Below are positions 54,940-64,000 of a stretch of 64,000 bases of DNA, piece after piece (within the stretch, counting starts at the first letter, position 1; every line of letters begins with the position of its first letter). Source of the stretch: Longimicrobiales bacterium (GTDB taxonomy: Bacteria > Gemmatimonadota > Gemmatimonadetes > Longimicrobiales > Gaopeijiaceae); contig OZ242008.1 in assembly GCA_965204735.1 (NCBI GenBank), positions 960,001 through 1,024,000 on the forward strand, written 5' to 3'. The notes below the pieces were generated by a model that had not been told where the DNA came from, did not search any database, and saw only the letters and a program-made list of their open reading frames with translations. The translations under genes were made by a program, and so were the position numbers.

Positions 54940-56159
54940 ACTGGCCCCACATCCACGAACGCATCCAAGCGGGCGAAGACGAGCGCACCGAGTTCAAGCA
55001 GGGCGCCTCGGACATGGGCGCCCTCGCCAAGGCCGTCTGCGCATTCGCCAACGGCACGGGCGGCCTGCTCGTCCTTGGAGTCGACGACGACGGGACGCTG
55101 GTCGGCGTCTCCAGGGATCCCGAGACCGTTCAGGAGCGATTGACCAGCCTTCTGCAAAGCGGATGCGGCCGGCCGGTGACGGCGGAGTGCGGCCGACACG
55201 AGATCCAAGGCGACCGATGGATTCACTGGATCGACGTTCACCGGCACCAGCGCGGCTACGAGCCCTTTGCCAGCGAGGGGCGCTACTGGATTCGCCGAGG
55301 CGGGGCGACCGTCCATCCGTCGCCCTCCGAGTTCCAAGAGCTGCTCAACGCTTTCGGGCTGGTCCTGACCGAGCAGCAGATCATACCCTCGGCGACCGTC
55401 GACGACATCGACTTCTCGGCCGTTCGCACCTTCTTGCAGGCGCAGGGCATGGACCTCGACGACGCGCCCCAGCCCACGCGCCCGGAGGACCTGCTCGTGG
55501 CCAGCGTCGCGGACGAGGTGGAAGGAACGGCCCGTCCGACGCTGTACGGGCTCATGGTGTTCGGACGCCAGCCGCAGGCCCATCCGCACACGCACAACCT
55601 GTTCGTCCAGTGCACGCGGTACGACGGCCGGGACCGGTCGGCCGACGTGCTCAGTGCCGCCGAGGGCACGGGCCGCCTTGAAGACCAAGTGCGGCAGTGC
55701 ATGGGCTGGTACCGCAGCCTGGGCAGACGCGAGGAGTATCGCGGACTCGAACGCATCGACATTCCGATGGTTCCGGAGCCGGCCCTTCGCGAGGCCATCG
55801 TCAACGCGGTCGTCCACCGCGACTACGCCATCACCGGCTCGCAGGTCCTGCTGGAGGTATTCTCCGACCGCATCGTTGTGACCAGCCCCGGCGCCCTGCC
55901 CAACCACATGACGGTGGAGCGGGCCACGGGCGGCGGCGCACCCCGGTCGCGCAACGAGATGATGGCCAACGCCATGGTCGTGCGCAGGCTCATGGAGCGG
56001 CGCGGCCGGGGCTGGCTCGTCATCCGCCACACGATGCGGCAGTTCAACGGAACCGAGCCGTCGTTGGAGAACGATTCCGTCAGCCGCTTCGTCCGCGTTA
56101 CGTTTCCGTTCGCCCCAGCTGCCGAGCCAGGAGGTCGTCGTGCCGAAGAGCCGCGCTGA
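54936..56159 (+). CDS. Schlafen/AlbA_2 plus HATPase-like protein, no. 2
   Basis: GEDERTEFKQ, VCAFANGTGG, LGVDDDG, LREAIVNAVVHRDY, TSPG and SRNE motifs. Confidence 0.87.
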   Translation: MNWPHIHERIQAGEDERTEFKQGASDMGALAKAVCAFANGTGGLLVLGVDDDGTLVGVSRDPETVQERLTSLLQSGCGRPVTAECGRHEIQGDRWIHWIDVHRHQRGYEPFASEGRYWIRRGGATVHPSPSEFQELLNAFGLVLTEQQIIPSATVDDIDFSAVRTFLQAQGMDLDDAPQPTRPEDLLVASVADEVEGTARPTLYGLMVFGRQPQAHPHTHNLFVQCTRYDGRDRSADVLSAAEGTGRLEDQVRQCMGWYRSLGRREEYRGLERIDIPMVPEPALREAIVNAVVHRDYAITGSQVLLEVFSDRIVVTSPGALPNHMTVERATGGGAPRSRNEMMANAMVVRRLMERRGRGWLVIRHTMRQFNGTEPSLENDSVSRFVRVTFPFAPAAEPGGRRAEEPR

Positions 56160-57885
56160 AGTCGAGGAGCTGCTGGAACGCTTGAACGAGCGCTCGGCGG
56201 ACGAGCTGGAAGCGCAGGACGTCGACTTCAAGGAATGGGGCAGGAACGACAAGCAGGCTGTGACCAAGGCGGTCGATTGGGCCGTCTGCATGGCCAACGG
56301 AGGCGGCGGAACGATCGTATTCGGAGTCGCCGACGACTTGGTGGGACGCCGGAACGCCGTCGTCGGGGTTCCTCACGACGTTGCCGTCGATCGTCTTCGT
56401 CTCGCGATCTACGACAGGACCGACCCGCGGCTCACGCCGACATTCGACCAGATCGAAGTGCCCGAGGGAACGGGCCGGGTCCTCGCCATGCACGTTCACC
56501 CCGGCATACCGCCCTACACGGACACGTCCGGAAAGGGATTGATTCGCATCGGCAAAGACTGCAAGCCGCTGACGGGCGCCATGCGACGGCAGTTCTTCCT
56601 GGATTCCGGGGGAGAGGATTATACGGGAGAGATTGTAGGGCCAGTGGATCGTGGCTTGTTTTCGACCGCCGCCATTGGGGCATTGCGAGACGCCGCGATC
56701 AAGGAAAGTGCGCCGGCCGAACTGACGAATCTGAGCGACGAGGAGTTGCTGGCGGCGATCGGCGTCGTTCGCGAAGGCAGACTGACGCGAGCAGCCGTTC
56801 TTCTCGCGGGCTCGGAGGATGCGTTGCGAAGGCACGTGCCCAAGTACGCCTGGACGCATCTTCGGATGTCGTCTGACACCGACTACTCGGCTCGGCTGGA
56901 CGGACGTGCGGCCATTCCTGTCGCCTTGGCGCGCATTCTCGATCGCATGTCGGCCGACAACCCCATCGAGACGATACGGCGCGGATTGCATCACTTCGAG
57001 TATCCGACGTTTCCCGAGATTGCTCTTCGCGAAGCGCTTCTCAACGCATTCTGTCATGCAGACTATCGCATTGCCAGTCCAATACTGATCAAGCAGTTTC
57101 TTGGTCGATTGGTAATCACGAATCCAGGAAGACTCGTGGGCGGCATTACGCCCGACAACATTCTTCATCATGCGCCCGTGGCTCGAAATCCGTGCTTGGT
57201 GGAAGCGCTGGTGCGATTGCGTCTGATCAACCGCGCCAACCTTGGCATTCAGCGCATCTACAAGTCGCTTCTCATCGAAGGGAAAGACTTGCCTGCCATC
57301 GAAGAAGTCGGCGAATCGCTTCGAATCACGTTTAGAGCGTCCAAGCTGGCACCGACATTTCGTACCTTTGTGGAGGAAGAACAGAAGGCGGGCATCGACC
57401 TCGACGTAGATGACCTACTTGTCCTGGCTCACTTTCTCCGTTCGGCGGAAATCGACCTTGCGGAAGCATCTCGAATCTGCCAAAGATCACGCGACGACGC
57501 GAGTGTTGTCCTTGCGCGAATGGAACTGAACTTGGGTTATGTGGACCGCGGCGGCGACGGTGTGGACAGCTATTGGACATTGCGTCCCGATGTTCACGCA
57601 AGGCTCTCGAACACCGAGGGACAGAATCGCGGGGTGGAATGGGATGCGACCAAAGCCAGAGTGCTCAGCGTCATCCAGCGTCAAGCCGCACGAGGAGCAC
57701 GGCCGTTGGTGAACACCGATGTTCGGCGCATCACTGGTCTTGATCGCTATCAGGTCTATCGTCTCATTCAAGAATTCGCCAAAGAGGGCAAGATCAGGAT
57801 CGATGGACACGGCAGAGCAGCCACGTACGTGTACTGCGACAGCTCAGCGAAGGATGTCCGAACTAGAGACCGGCCTAAGCGATGA
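56140..57885 (+). CDS. Schlafen/AlbA_2 plus HATPase-like plus wHTH protein, no. 3
   Basis: ELEAQDVDFKE, AVCMANGGGG, FGVADD, LREALLNAFCHADY, TNPG and RNP motifs. C-terminal wHTH ending GHGRAATY. Confidence 0.87.
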   Translation: MPKSRAEVEELLERLNERSADELEAQDVDFKEWGRNDKQAVTKAVDWAVCMANGGGGTIVFGVADDLVGRRNAVVGVPHDVAVDRLRLAIYDRTDPRLTPTFDQIEVPEGTGRVLAMHVHPGIPPYTDTSGKGLIRIGKDCKPLTGAMRRQFFLDSGGEDYTGEIVGPVDRGLFSTAAIGALRDAAIKESAPAELTNLSDEELLAAIGVVREGRLTRAAVLLAGSEDALRRHVPKYAWTHLRMSSDTDYSARLDGRAAIPVALARILDRMSADNPIETIRRGLHHFEYPTFPEIALREALLNAFCHADYRIASPILIKQFLGRLVITNPGRLVGGITPDNILHHAPVARNPCLVEALVRLRLINRANLGIQRIYKSLLIEGKDLPAIEEVGESLRITFRASKLAPTFRTFVEEEQKAGIDLDVDDLLVLAHFLRSAEIDLAEASRICQRSRDDASVVLARMELNLGYVDRGGDGVDSYWTLRPDVHARLSNTEGQNRGVEWDATKARVLSVIQRQAARGARPLVNTDVRRITGLDRYQVYRLIQEFAKEGKIRIDGHGRAATYVYCDSSAKDVRTRDRPKR

Positions 57886-57890
57886 ATCTC

Positions 57891-58082
57891 GGAAATGATC
57901 GCGACTCCAGGTCTTCCGCACATTTCTCGCCAATTTCCCCCGAAATGGGCGTTTTCCGCAGGGAAGCGTACCGGTAGAGGACCTTGGATTCCCCGAGAAT
58001 GATCGTCGCCTCCGTTCTTCCGATCATTTCCCTGCGATGGACGCCGGAATGATCGCGAACCCCGGTTTCCCGATCATTTCCC
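57891..58082. repeat. Array of ~36-bp palindromic units (AATGATCG...CGATCATTTC) with ~51-bp period
   Basis: Units start near 57891, 57995 and 58046, with a degenerate gaaatg at about 57942. Confidence 0.7.
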
Positions 58083-58149
58083 GCCAGTTCGGGCACGGGC
58101 TCGGTCCTGTCGTTCGGAGGCGGGCCGTCGACGGCGGGTTCGGCAGAGC

Positions 58150-58208
58150 GAACGACTTCGCCACGCTGGCGGGGAGCGGGCTGGCCCGAGCCGAAGAGGT
58201 CGGTGGAC
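58150..58208. repeat. Direct-repeat copy of 61502-61568 (5' part of the MTase gene) with an 11-nt deletion
   Basis: gaacgacttcgccacgc and tggcggggagcgggctggcccgagccga are identical at both sites. Confidence 0.85.
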
Positions 58209-58210
58209 GG

Positions 58211-61200
58211 TTATGCGGATGTGGCGCGCCCCCTCGGACTCGGCGAGCTGCGCTCCACGCCGATACGTCGCTCCACTGCCGCAACTTCCTGCGCAGTGAG
58301 CTTGTAGAGACGGTACACCAGACGATCCACTCTCTTTTCGATCCTACCGATCGCCGACACGTCTCCGTCGCCCTTTACCATGTCGATCAGACAACGGGCC
58401 AACTCGACGATGGATCGTTCGTCCTCCTTGCTGGGCTTCGGGACTGGAATCGCTTCCACGGTGTACTTCTTCCACCGAGGCAGTCCCATTCCGGTCGTCA
58501 GTGCGATGCGATCCACAAGCCACGATACCAGGGTGCTGTTGAGTATTGCACACAGGTAAGCCAGCGACACCCCCGACATCACGAACACCGTGTCGTTACA
58601 GTACATCTCGTGATCGGAGTATGCGAATCGGGAGTGGCCGGCCATGTCCATCCAGAATAGTTTCTCCTTCCCAAAACGGGCGTAAGCTTCGTCACTTGGG
58701 CTAGCCTGGAGTTCGTACCACGCGTTCGCACCCGACTTCTCGGACAATGTGTCCTTTTGCTGTTGGAGGCACGCGAATACCCCGGGATACTCCTTGATCT
58801 TGATTCCCCGACGTGCGCATATCAGCCACCGGTCGTTGAACGGAGCGTGCCACCGCCGAATGTCTCTGCCCTGGAGCAGTGGCTTGACGATCTCCGCTGA
58901 TCCCGGGTCCTCGGCCAACAGCCGCCGCCGAGTCGCACCGTCGATGACGAAGGCCTTGTTGTAGCCGGTCTTGATGCCGCTGTTCATGGTAACGTTCCAT
59001 TCCTTCAATGGAATGCCAACTGCCTTCATCTTGTTCATGACGCCTTGCTCGATCTTCGACAGCACCACCCACGGCTCGGCGTTGCGCGGACGGAACCGCC
59101 CCCAGTGCCGATCTTCGGGCGGGAAGTCGCCGACGTTGAACCGATCCATGTCCACCGTCATGCACGCGTGGTCGTGCTTGCCCTCGCGCAGGATCAGAAT
59201 GCTCGAGTCCACGATCGCGTTCTCGAAGACGTCCTTGCCCAGCTCGATCAGCCTAAGCGGCGCATGGTCCTCGGCGAACAACCGTCGCGTCGCCTTGCCG
59301 TACTCTGATCGCAGCCAGCTGTTCGACGTGATGTACGTCAGTACGCCTGTGCGTGCGGCGAGCAACCGGCAACCCTTCTCGTAGAAGAGCTGGTACACGT
59401 CGCCTCGCCGCGCGAACGTGCGATAGCCGAGAGAATCGTACAGCCGTGCAAGAGCGCCCTCTTGCTTCTGAAGCTGCACGTACGGCGGATTCCCGATCAC
59501 GATGTCGAAGCCGCTGCTGACGCCGAACATCCACTCCGGGTCGAACCAGCGGGCGTGCGTGTTCTGGTCGTAGGGGTCCCAGCCCGCGATCAGATTGGCG
59601 GCCTCCTTGCTCCACTCGTCTTCGATCAACGCCTCGCGGAGTCGCTGCCGAAGCCGCTTGTCCTTCTTCTTCAGCTCCCACTTCTGGTCTCGCGTGCGTG
59701 CGTCGAACCAGTCGGACCTGACCTGCTCCAACTCCTCTTCCAGGCCCTTGATCGTCGTGTTGGGGAGGGTCTGTTCCGACGGCCCCTTCAGCCCAATCAG
59801 CGCATCTGCGGCAACGAACCGAGTCTCGAGGTTCGGCAACGCCTGGATGCCGTAGTTGTCGTCCGCGTCGTCGTTCGACTGCTGCTCGATCACCAGCGAG
59901 ATGAAGAAGCGCAGCTTGGCGATCTGGCAGGCGATGGGCTGGACGTCGACCCCGTGAATCACGTTCTGGACGAGGTACAGCTTGCGGCCGTAGTCGCCGT
60001 ATCCCCGCTCCGGCGAGAAGCTCTTCTCGACGGCGGCCACGGCGTCCGTCCGGGCAACAGGGTCGAGGATCTGCCGAGCGCGCGCCAGCTGCCGCGCCTT
60101 CCACCGCGCGTTGTCCGGATCGACCTGCGCCAAGACCAGGACGAGCTTCTGGAGGACGCCCATGGGGAACGCCCCCGAGCCGCAGGCTGGGTCCAGGACC
60201 TTCATGGAGTCGATGGCGTCGATCAGAGGCTCGATCTCGTCGTCGCGCAACTGGTGGCCGACGGGAAAACCGGGATCGGTACTCTGCTTCGCGACCAAGT
60301 GGCGCAGTCGCGCTTCCACCCCGGCCCGGTCGCCGTCGTTGGGACGCACATGGGCGAGGAAGTGGGCCACCAACGCCTCGTCCACCATGTACTCCACGAC
60401 GCGGCGGGGCGTGTAGTAAGAGCCCGTGGCCTTGCGGGCCGTGTCCCGCGTCTCCGGGTTGTAGGAGGCGAGCAGGTTCTCGAACGCGCGGCCCAGGAGT
60501 TCGGGGTCGAGCGCCACTTCCTCGTCCAGCGGCGTGTTCTCCTCGACGGTGAACTTGTAGCGGCGAAACAGGGGAAAGAGGCCGTGCTCGTCAAAGAACA
60601 GCCGGGCCGGGACCGACATCGCGCCGCCGTGGTTCGGGAGGTCGATGTTGTCGGTGAACGCGTCGATGCGACGACCTCCGCCGCCCACGTGCGCGAAGTC
60701 GTCCAAGCAGTCGAAGAGGCCGCCGTCCACGAACGGGACGGAACTGAGCCGCTTCGCGAAGCCGTCGGGATCGCGGAGCAAGTCGCGATAGCGGTATCTG
60801 GTGAAGTCCCGATGCGTGCTCTGGTCCTTCTTGCTGAACGCCCGGCGGCGGATCTCCGTGTTCAGCGTGGCGAAGAACAGGTTCTGCAGCACGGCGCGGT
60901 AGTAGTCGGTGGCGTCGTCGGCGTGATGCTTCATCTGGCTCCGGGCGAACTCCTCGTCGAAGAGTGCGTCGGGCACCAGGCGCTTCTCCTTGAGGAACCA
61001 GACGAACAGCAGGCGAGTGATCAGCCGGATGACGTGACGTTCGGCGTTGCCCTCGCCCACTCCGTCGTCGGGGAAGGCGCACTCCCGAGTCGCTCGCTGG
61101 AACCACCCGAAGAGCTCCTTGTAGAAGCGCCGGTTCAGCTCGCCCGTGTCGAGGACGGCTTCCCACGCTGCAAGGAGCTGGTCGAAGTTGGACACCCCGC

Positions 61201-61843
61201 GCTGTTCGATCAGCCGACCGAGCGCAAGCTCCGAGAGCAGCTGAAGGTGCGCGCGATGAGGTTCTTCCAGACTCACGTCCTTGATGAGCGACACGCGTTC
61301 CAGGACGTCCTTGTCGGGGTCGAACTTGTGCACACGCCGATGAACGACGCCGATGGTGAGGTGCGGTTGCGCGCCGTCTTCGTCTCGGTGTCGGAAGAAG
61401 ACGACCGTGGGCATCGGAAAGATGCGGTTCACGGCGCGGGTGGCGGCGGCGAGCTCGGAGCGCGAGCGGCGCCCGGGCTTCAAGTCCACGGCAAGGAACA
61501 AGAACGACTTCGCCACGCCGCGGTCGAATTGGCGGGGAGCGGGCTGGCCCGAGCCGACGAGGGTGGACTGGGCGTCGGAGAAGTCGCTGGCTCCCGCAAC
61601 TTCGTCGTTCGTGACCTGGAAGACGACGTCCATCTCTTCCCACTGCTCGAACGTGGCCAGCTGGCCGGCGGCGAGCTTGCCCTTGGCGTCCACGTCCTCG
61701 AGAAAGACGGCGACCGAAGGGAAGTCGATCGTCCGGTCGCTGCGGTAGCCGAGCGTCCCGAGCAGGGCTTCGGTGCAATCTGCAAGCGATCCGTCGGCAA
61801 GGTCTCGGAGCGCGTCTCGGATCGTCCTCTCCGCTTCGCTCAT
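58211..61843 (-). CDS. Type IIG/Eco57I-like N6-adenine DNA methyltransferase with TaqI-like C-terminal TRD
   Basis: TGSYYTP, LDPACGSGAF (motif I), IGNPPY (motif IV) and a C-terminal TRD region (GIKTG, YLCAILNS). 1210 aa. Confidence 0.9.
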   Translation of the reverse strand: MSEAERTIRDALRDLADGSLADCTEALLGTLGYRSDRTIDFPSVAVFLEDVDAKGKLAAGQLATFEQWEEMDVVFQVTNDEVAGASDFSDAQSTLVGSGQPAPRQFDRGVAKSFLFLAVDLKPGRRSRSELAAATRAVNRIFPMPTVVFFRHRDEDGAQPHLTIGVVHRRVHKFDPDKDVLERVSLIKDVSLEEPHRAHLQLLSELALGRLIEQRGVSNFDQLLAAWEAVLDTGELNRRFYKELFGWFQRATRECAFPDDGVGEGNAERHVIRLITRLLFVWFLKEKRLVPDALFDEEFARSQMKHHADDATDYYRAVLQNLFFATLNTEIRRRAFSKKDQSTHRDFTRYRYRDLLRDPDGFAKRLSSVPFVDGGLFDCLDDFAHVGGGGRRIDAFTDNIDLPNHGGAMSVPARLFFDEHGLFPLFRRYKFTVEENTPLDEEVALDPELLGRAFENLLASYNPETRDTARKATGSYYTPRRVVEYMVDEALVAHFLAHVRPNDGDRAGVEARLRHLVAKQSTDPGFPVGHQLRDDEIEPLIDAIDSMKVLDPACGSGAFPMGVLQKLVLVLAQVDPDNARWKARQLARARQILDPVARTDAVAAVEKSFSPERGYGDYGRKLYLVQNVIHGVDVQPIACQIAKLRFFISLVIEQQSNDDADDNYGIQALPNLETRFVAADALIGLKGPSEQTLPNTTIKGLEEELEQVRSDWFDARTRDQKWELKKKDKRLRQRLREALIEDEWSKEAANLIAGWDPYDQNTHARWFDPEWMFGVSSGFDIVIGNPPYVQLQKQEGALARLYDSLGYRTFARRGDVYQLFYEKGCRLLAARTGVLTYITSNSWLRSEYGKATRRLFAEDHAPLRLIELGKDVFENAIVDSSILILREGKHDHACMTVDMDRFNVGDFPPEDRHWGRFRPRNAEPWVVLSKIEQGVMNKMKAVGIPLKEWNVTMNSGIKTGYNKAFVIDGATRRRLLAEDPGSAEIVKPLLQGRDIRRWHAPFNDRWLICARRGIKIKEYPGVFACLQQQKDTLSEKSGANAWYELQASPSDEAYARFGKEKLFWMDMAGHSRFAYSDHEMYCNDTVFVMSGVSLAYLCAILNSTLVSWLVDRIALTTGMGLPRWKKYTVEAIPVPKPSKEDERSIVELARCLIDMVKGDGDVSAIGRIEKRVDRLVYRLYKLTAQEVAAVERRIGVERSSPSPRGRATSA

Positions 61844-61853
61844 CGCATATCGC

Positions 61854-64000
61854 TCATTGCTTGGGGTTCTCCATGATCACGAGCCACGTCACGAGCTCGA
61901 AGTCGGCCGCGGCGGCGGGCCGGCGCGAACGAGTGGAAAGCGACTTCCCCCGGGCTCCGACGAAGGAGCCGATCTCCGCCTGCCGGTACGTGCCCACCAA
62001 GCTTCGCAGGCAAGCACCGATCATTCGATCGTACTTGGCCACGTCCCGGCCGTGGCCGGTCTCTCGGTCGAATGCGCTCGCCAGCTCCGTCAGCGCCTCC
62101 GTCCGTCCCCGAGCCAGCGCGCTGAAGAGCGTCAGCGTCTGCTTCGCCTGCTGGAACGCATAGCGGACGCTCCCGTCGTCGCGGGCGTAGGCGAGGAAGT
62201 AGGGCTGGAGACGGTTCGGTGTCCTCCGCGCCCCGTCTTTCTGCTTCAGACAAAAGATAGCGCCGCGACGAACGCGCGCGCGGGCCGCGTCTTCCGACTC
62301 GCCCGCGCCGGCGGCGGGAACGGGCGGAACCACGGCTTGCACGCCGAAGGGCGCGGACTCCAGCGCCTCCCGGTTCTCCTGCAGGTAGTTGAGCAGGTCC
62401 ACCAGGAAGTCGTCCAGCGTGAAGTCGCTCATCGAGATGCCGTCCTCGACCTCTTCCAAGTCCAGGCTCTCCTCCCGAAGGCGGCGAAGCTGCCGGTCGC
62501 GGAAGCTCAGCTCGTGCTGGGCCGCCTCCTTGGCGCCGTTCGTCTTCTCCAGCGCCAGCGGGTCGTCGGTCCCCGTGGACGCCGCGTCCACCAGCGCCAT
62601 CCGCGCCTCGACCCGGTTCTTGAGGTCCAGATAGCGGTCCAGGTCCCGGGTCGGCCAGAAGTTGACCATGGCGACCTGCTGGTTGCGGCTGCCGATCCGG
62701 TCGATCCGCCCGAAGCGCTGCATGAGGCGAACCGGGTTCCAGTGAACGTCGTAGTTCACCACCAAGTCGCAGTCCTGCAGGTTCTGGCCCTCCGAAAGGC
62801 AGTCGGTGGCGATCAGGACGTCGATCTCCTCCGCGGGCCCGGGGCTCAGCTGGGCCACGGGCGCGAAGCGCGCGAGAATGCCGGCGAAGCTCGCCGAGCC
62901 GACGGTGGCGCGGTTGTCGCCGCTGCCCGTCACCAAGCCCACGTGCACGCCGAGCTCCGCGCGCGCCCACTCCGCGACGTTGCGGTACAGGTAGTGGGCC
63001 GTGTCGGAGAAGGTCGTGAACACCAGCGCCTTGCGGTTCGGCCGCCCGTCCTTGTCCGCAGGCGCCTCCGCCACCTTGCCCGCCAGCGTCCGCTTCAACT
63101 CGGCCAGCTTGGCGTCGCGCGCCACGTCGACGCGGACGACCTGCCGCAGGATCGCCCCGAACGTTCGTCGGTCCGCCTGCAAGTCCTCCCTCCAAGCCTG
63201 CAGATCAAGGTCGGCGAGCTTGTACCTGCGCCCCTTGCCCAGCGTGAACTCCTCGTCCTCCTCGTCGCCCTGGTCGTCTTCTTCGTCGTTGGCGAGAAGG
63301 TTGATCTGTTGGTTGCCGGGCTTCTCGATCCACGCTTCGATGCGCTCGTCCAGCGCGTCCATCTTCGCGACGATGCGCTCCATCGTCCGCGTGAACGAGT
63401 GCACCGAGCTCTCCAGCCGCTTGAGCAGGTTGACCCGAATCATTCCGATCAGCCAGCGCTCCCGGTCCCGCTGGTCGAAGTGCAGCCGCTCCTTCTCGGC
63501 GTCGAGCGCCGACGTGTCCCGCACGTACTGCGAAGGCATGTACACCGCCAGCCGAAAGTCGCTGATCCGCGCGTGGAGCGCGTCGTAGGACAGCTCGCCT
63601 TCGCTGTCCGTCGGCGGATGCAGGTTCACCGGCTTGGCCCGCTCCGGAAAGCCGCCGATCCGAGCCTCGACCTCCGGGTAGAAGCGCCGCACGTGGTCGC
63701 GGGAGCGCGCGATGCTCACGGCGTCCAGCAACGCCAAGAAGTCCGCGCCCAACCGCTCGAGCAGCCGGGCCTTGTCCCTCTTCCCCGTGGCCCTGCAGTC
63801 GTTCTCCCACTTCTGGAACGCCTTCTGCGCCACGCCGAACAAGCTCTGGACGCTGCCGATCCCGAGGCTGTCGCGGAAAGCGTCCTGCCGCTTCTCCGTC
63901 ATCAGATAGACCTGGTTGCGAAGGTCGCGAAGGCCCGTGTTGACGGGCGTTGCCGAGAGCATGAGCACCTTGGTGTGGACGCCGTCCTTCAGCACTTCCT
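61854..64000 (-). CDS. SNF2-like SF2 helicase, C-terminal part (5' truncated by window)
   Basis: MLSATPVN, VFTTFSDTA, ATDCLSEGQNLQD and WNPVRLMQRFGRIDRIGS motifs. Confidence 0.9.
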   Translation of the reverse strand, partial: EVLKDGVHTKVLMLSATPVNTGLRDLRNQVYLMTEKRQDAFRDSLGIGSVQSLFGVAQKAFQKWENDCRATGKRDKARLLERLGADFLALLDAVSIARSRDHVRRFYPEVEARIGGFPERAKPVNLHPPTDSEGELSYDALHARISDFRLAVYMPSQYVRDTSALDAEKERLHFDQRDRERWLIGMIRVNLLKRLESSVHSFTRTMERIVAKMDALDERIEAWIEKPGNQQINLLANDEEDDQGDEEDEEFTLGKGRRYKLADLDLQAWREDLQADRRTFGAILRQVVRVDVARDAKLAELKRTLAGKVAEAPADKDGRPNRKALVFTTFSDTAHYLYRNVAEWARAELGVHVGLVTGSGDNRATVGSASFAGILARFAPVAQLSPGPAEEIDVLIATDCLSEGQNLQDCDLVVNYDVHWNPVRLMQRFGRIDRIGSRNQQVAMVNFWPTRDLDRYLDLKNRVEARMALVDAASTGTDDPLALEKTNGAKEAAQHELSFRDRQLRRLREESLDLEEVEDGISMSDFTLDDFLVDLLNYLQENREALESAPFGVQAVVPPVPAAGAGESEDAARARVRRGAIFCLKQKDGARRTPNRLQPYFLAYARDDGSVRYAFQQAKQTLTLFSALARGRTEALTELASAFDRETGHGRDVAKYDRMIGACLRSLVGTYRQAEIGSFVGARGKSLSTRSRRPAAAADFELVTWLVIMENPKQ

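Noticed and set aside
57891..58082. CRISPR array
   Set aside because: The units are degenerate with variable interiors, the inter-unit gaps are too short for spacers, and there are no cas genes.
58211..64000. DISARM class I (drmD/drmMI) or a complete BREX system
   Set aside because: No drmA/B/C, pglZ or brxC genes follow the methyltransferase in this window.

Overview
High-GC (roughly 70%) bacterial chromosome segment. The Tat-exported enzymes, TRAP transporters and M14-type peptidase suggest a Gemmatimonadota-like organism, but that is inference only. Layout: (1) 1-7.6 kb is mostly housekeeping, with a lower-GC HTH-ImmA/IrrE gene whose PIN-type (DUF4411-like) partner is pseudogenised. (2) 7.6-25.4 kb is a minus-strand paralog expansion: three tandem ~615-aa GT-C/ArnT(PMT)-like membrane glycosyltransferases, five translationally coupled SGNH-fold proteins, a GT::SGNH chimera and an SGNH stub. 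The copies are patchwork mosaics, and four carry 12-19 nt poly-G tracts, one of which frameshifts its gene. This is the best candidate for an undescribed phase-variable, recombination-shuffled surface-modification system. An MBL hydrolase/rhomboid/EF-G-like block interrupts it. (3) 25.4-46.6 kb is metabolic and transport core: FAD/Fe-S oxidoreductase, two TRAP systems, enoyl-CoA hydratase, CoA transferase, MscS, gpmI, pyrC, nfuA. (4) 46.8-64 kb holds sbcCD followed by a defence-island-like region with three Schlafen/AlbA_2-ATPase-like genes, decayed fragments, palindromic repeats, an N6-adenine MTase-TRD protein and a SNF2-type helicase. No rRNA, tRNA, CRISPR array, transposase or reverse transcriptase was seen.
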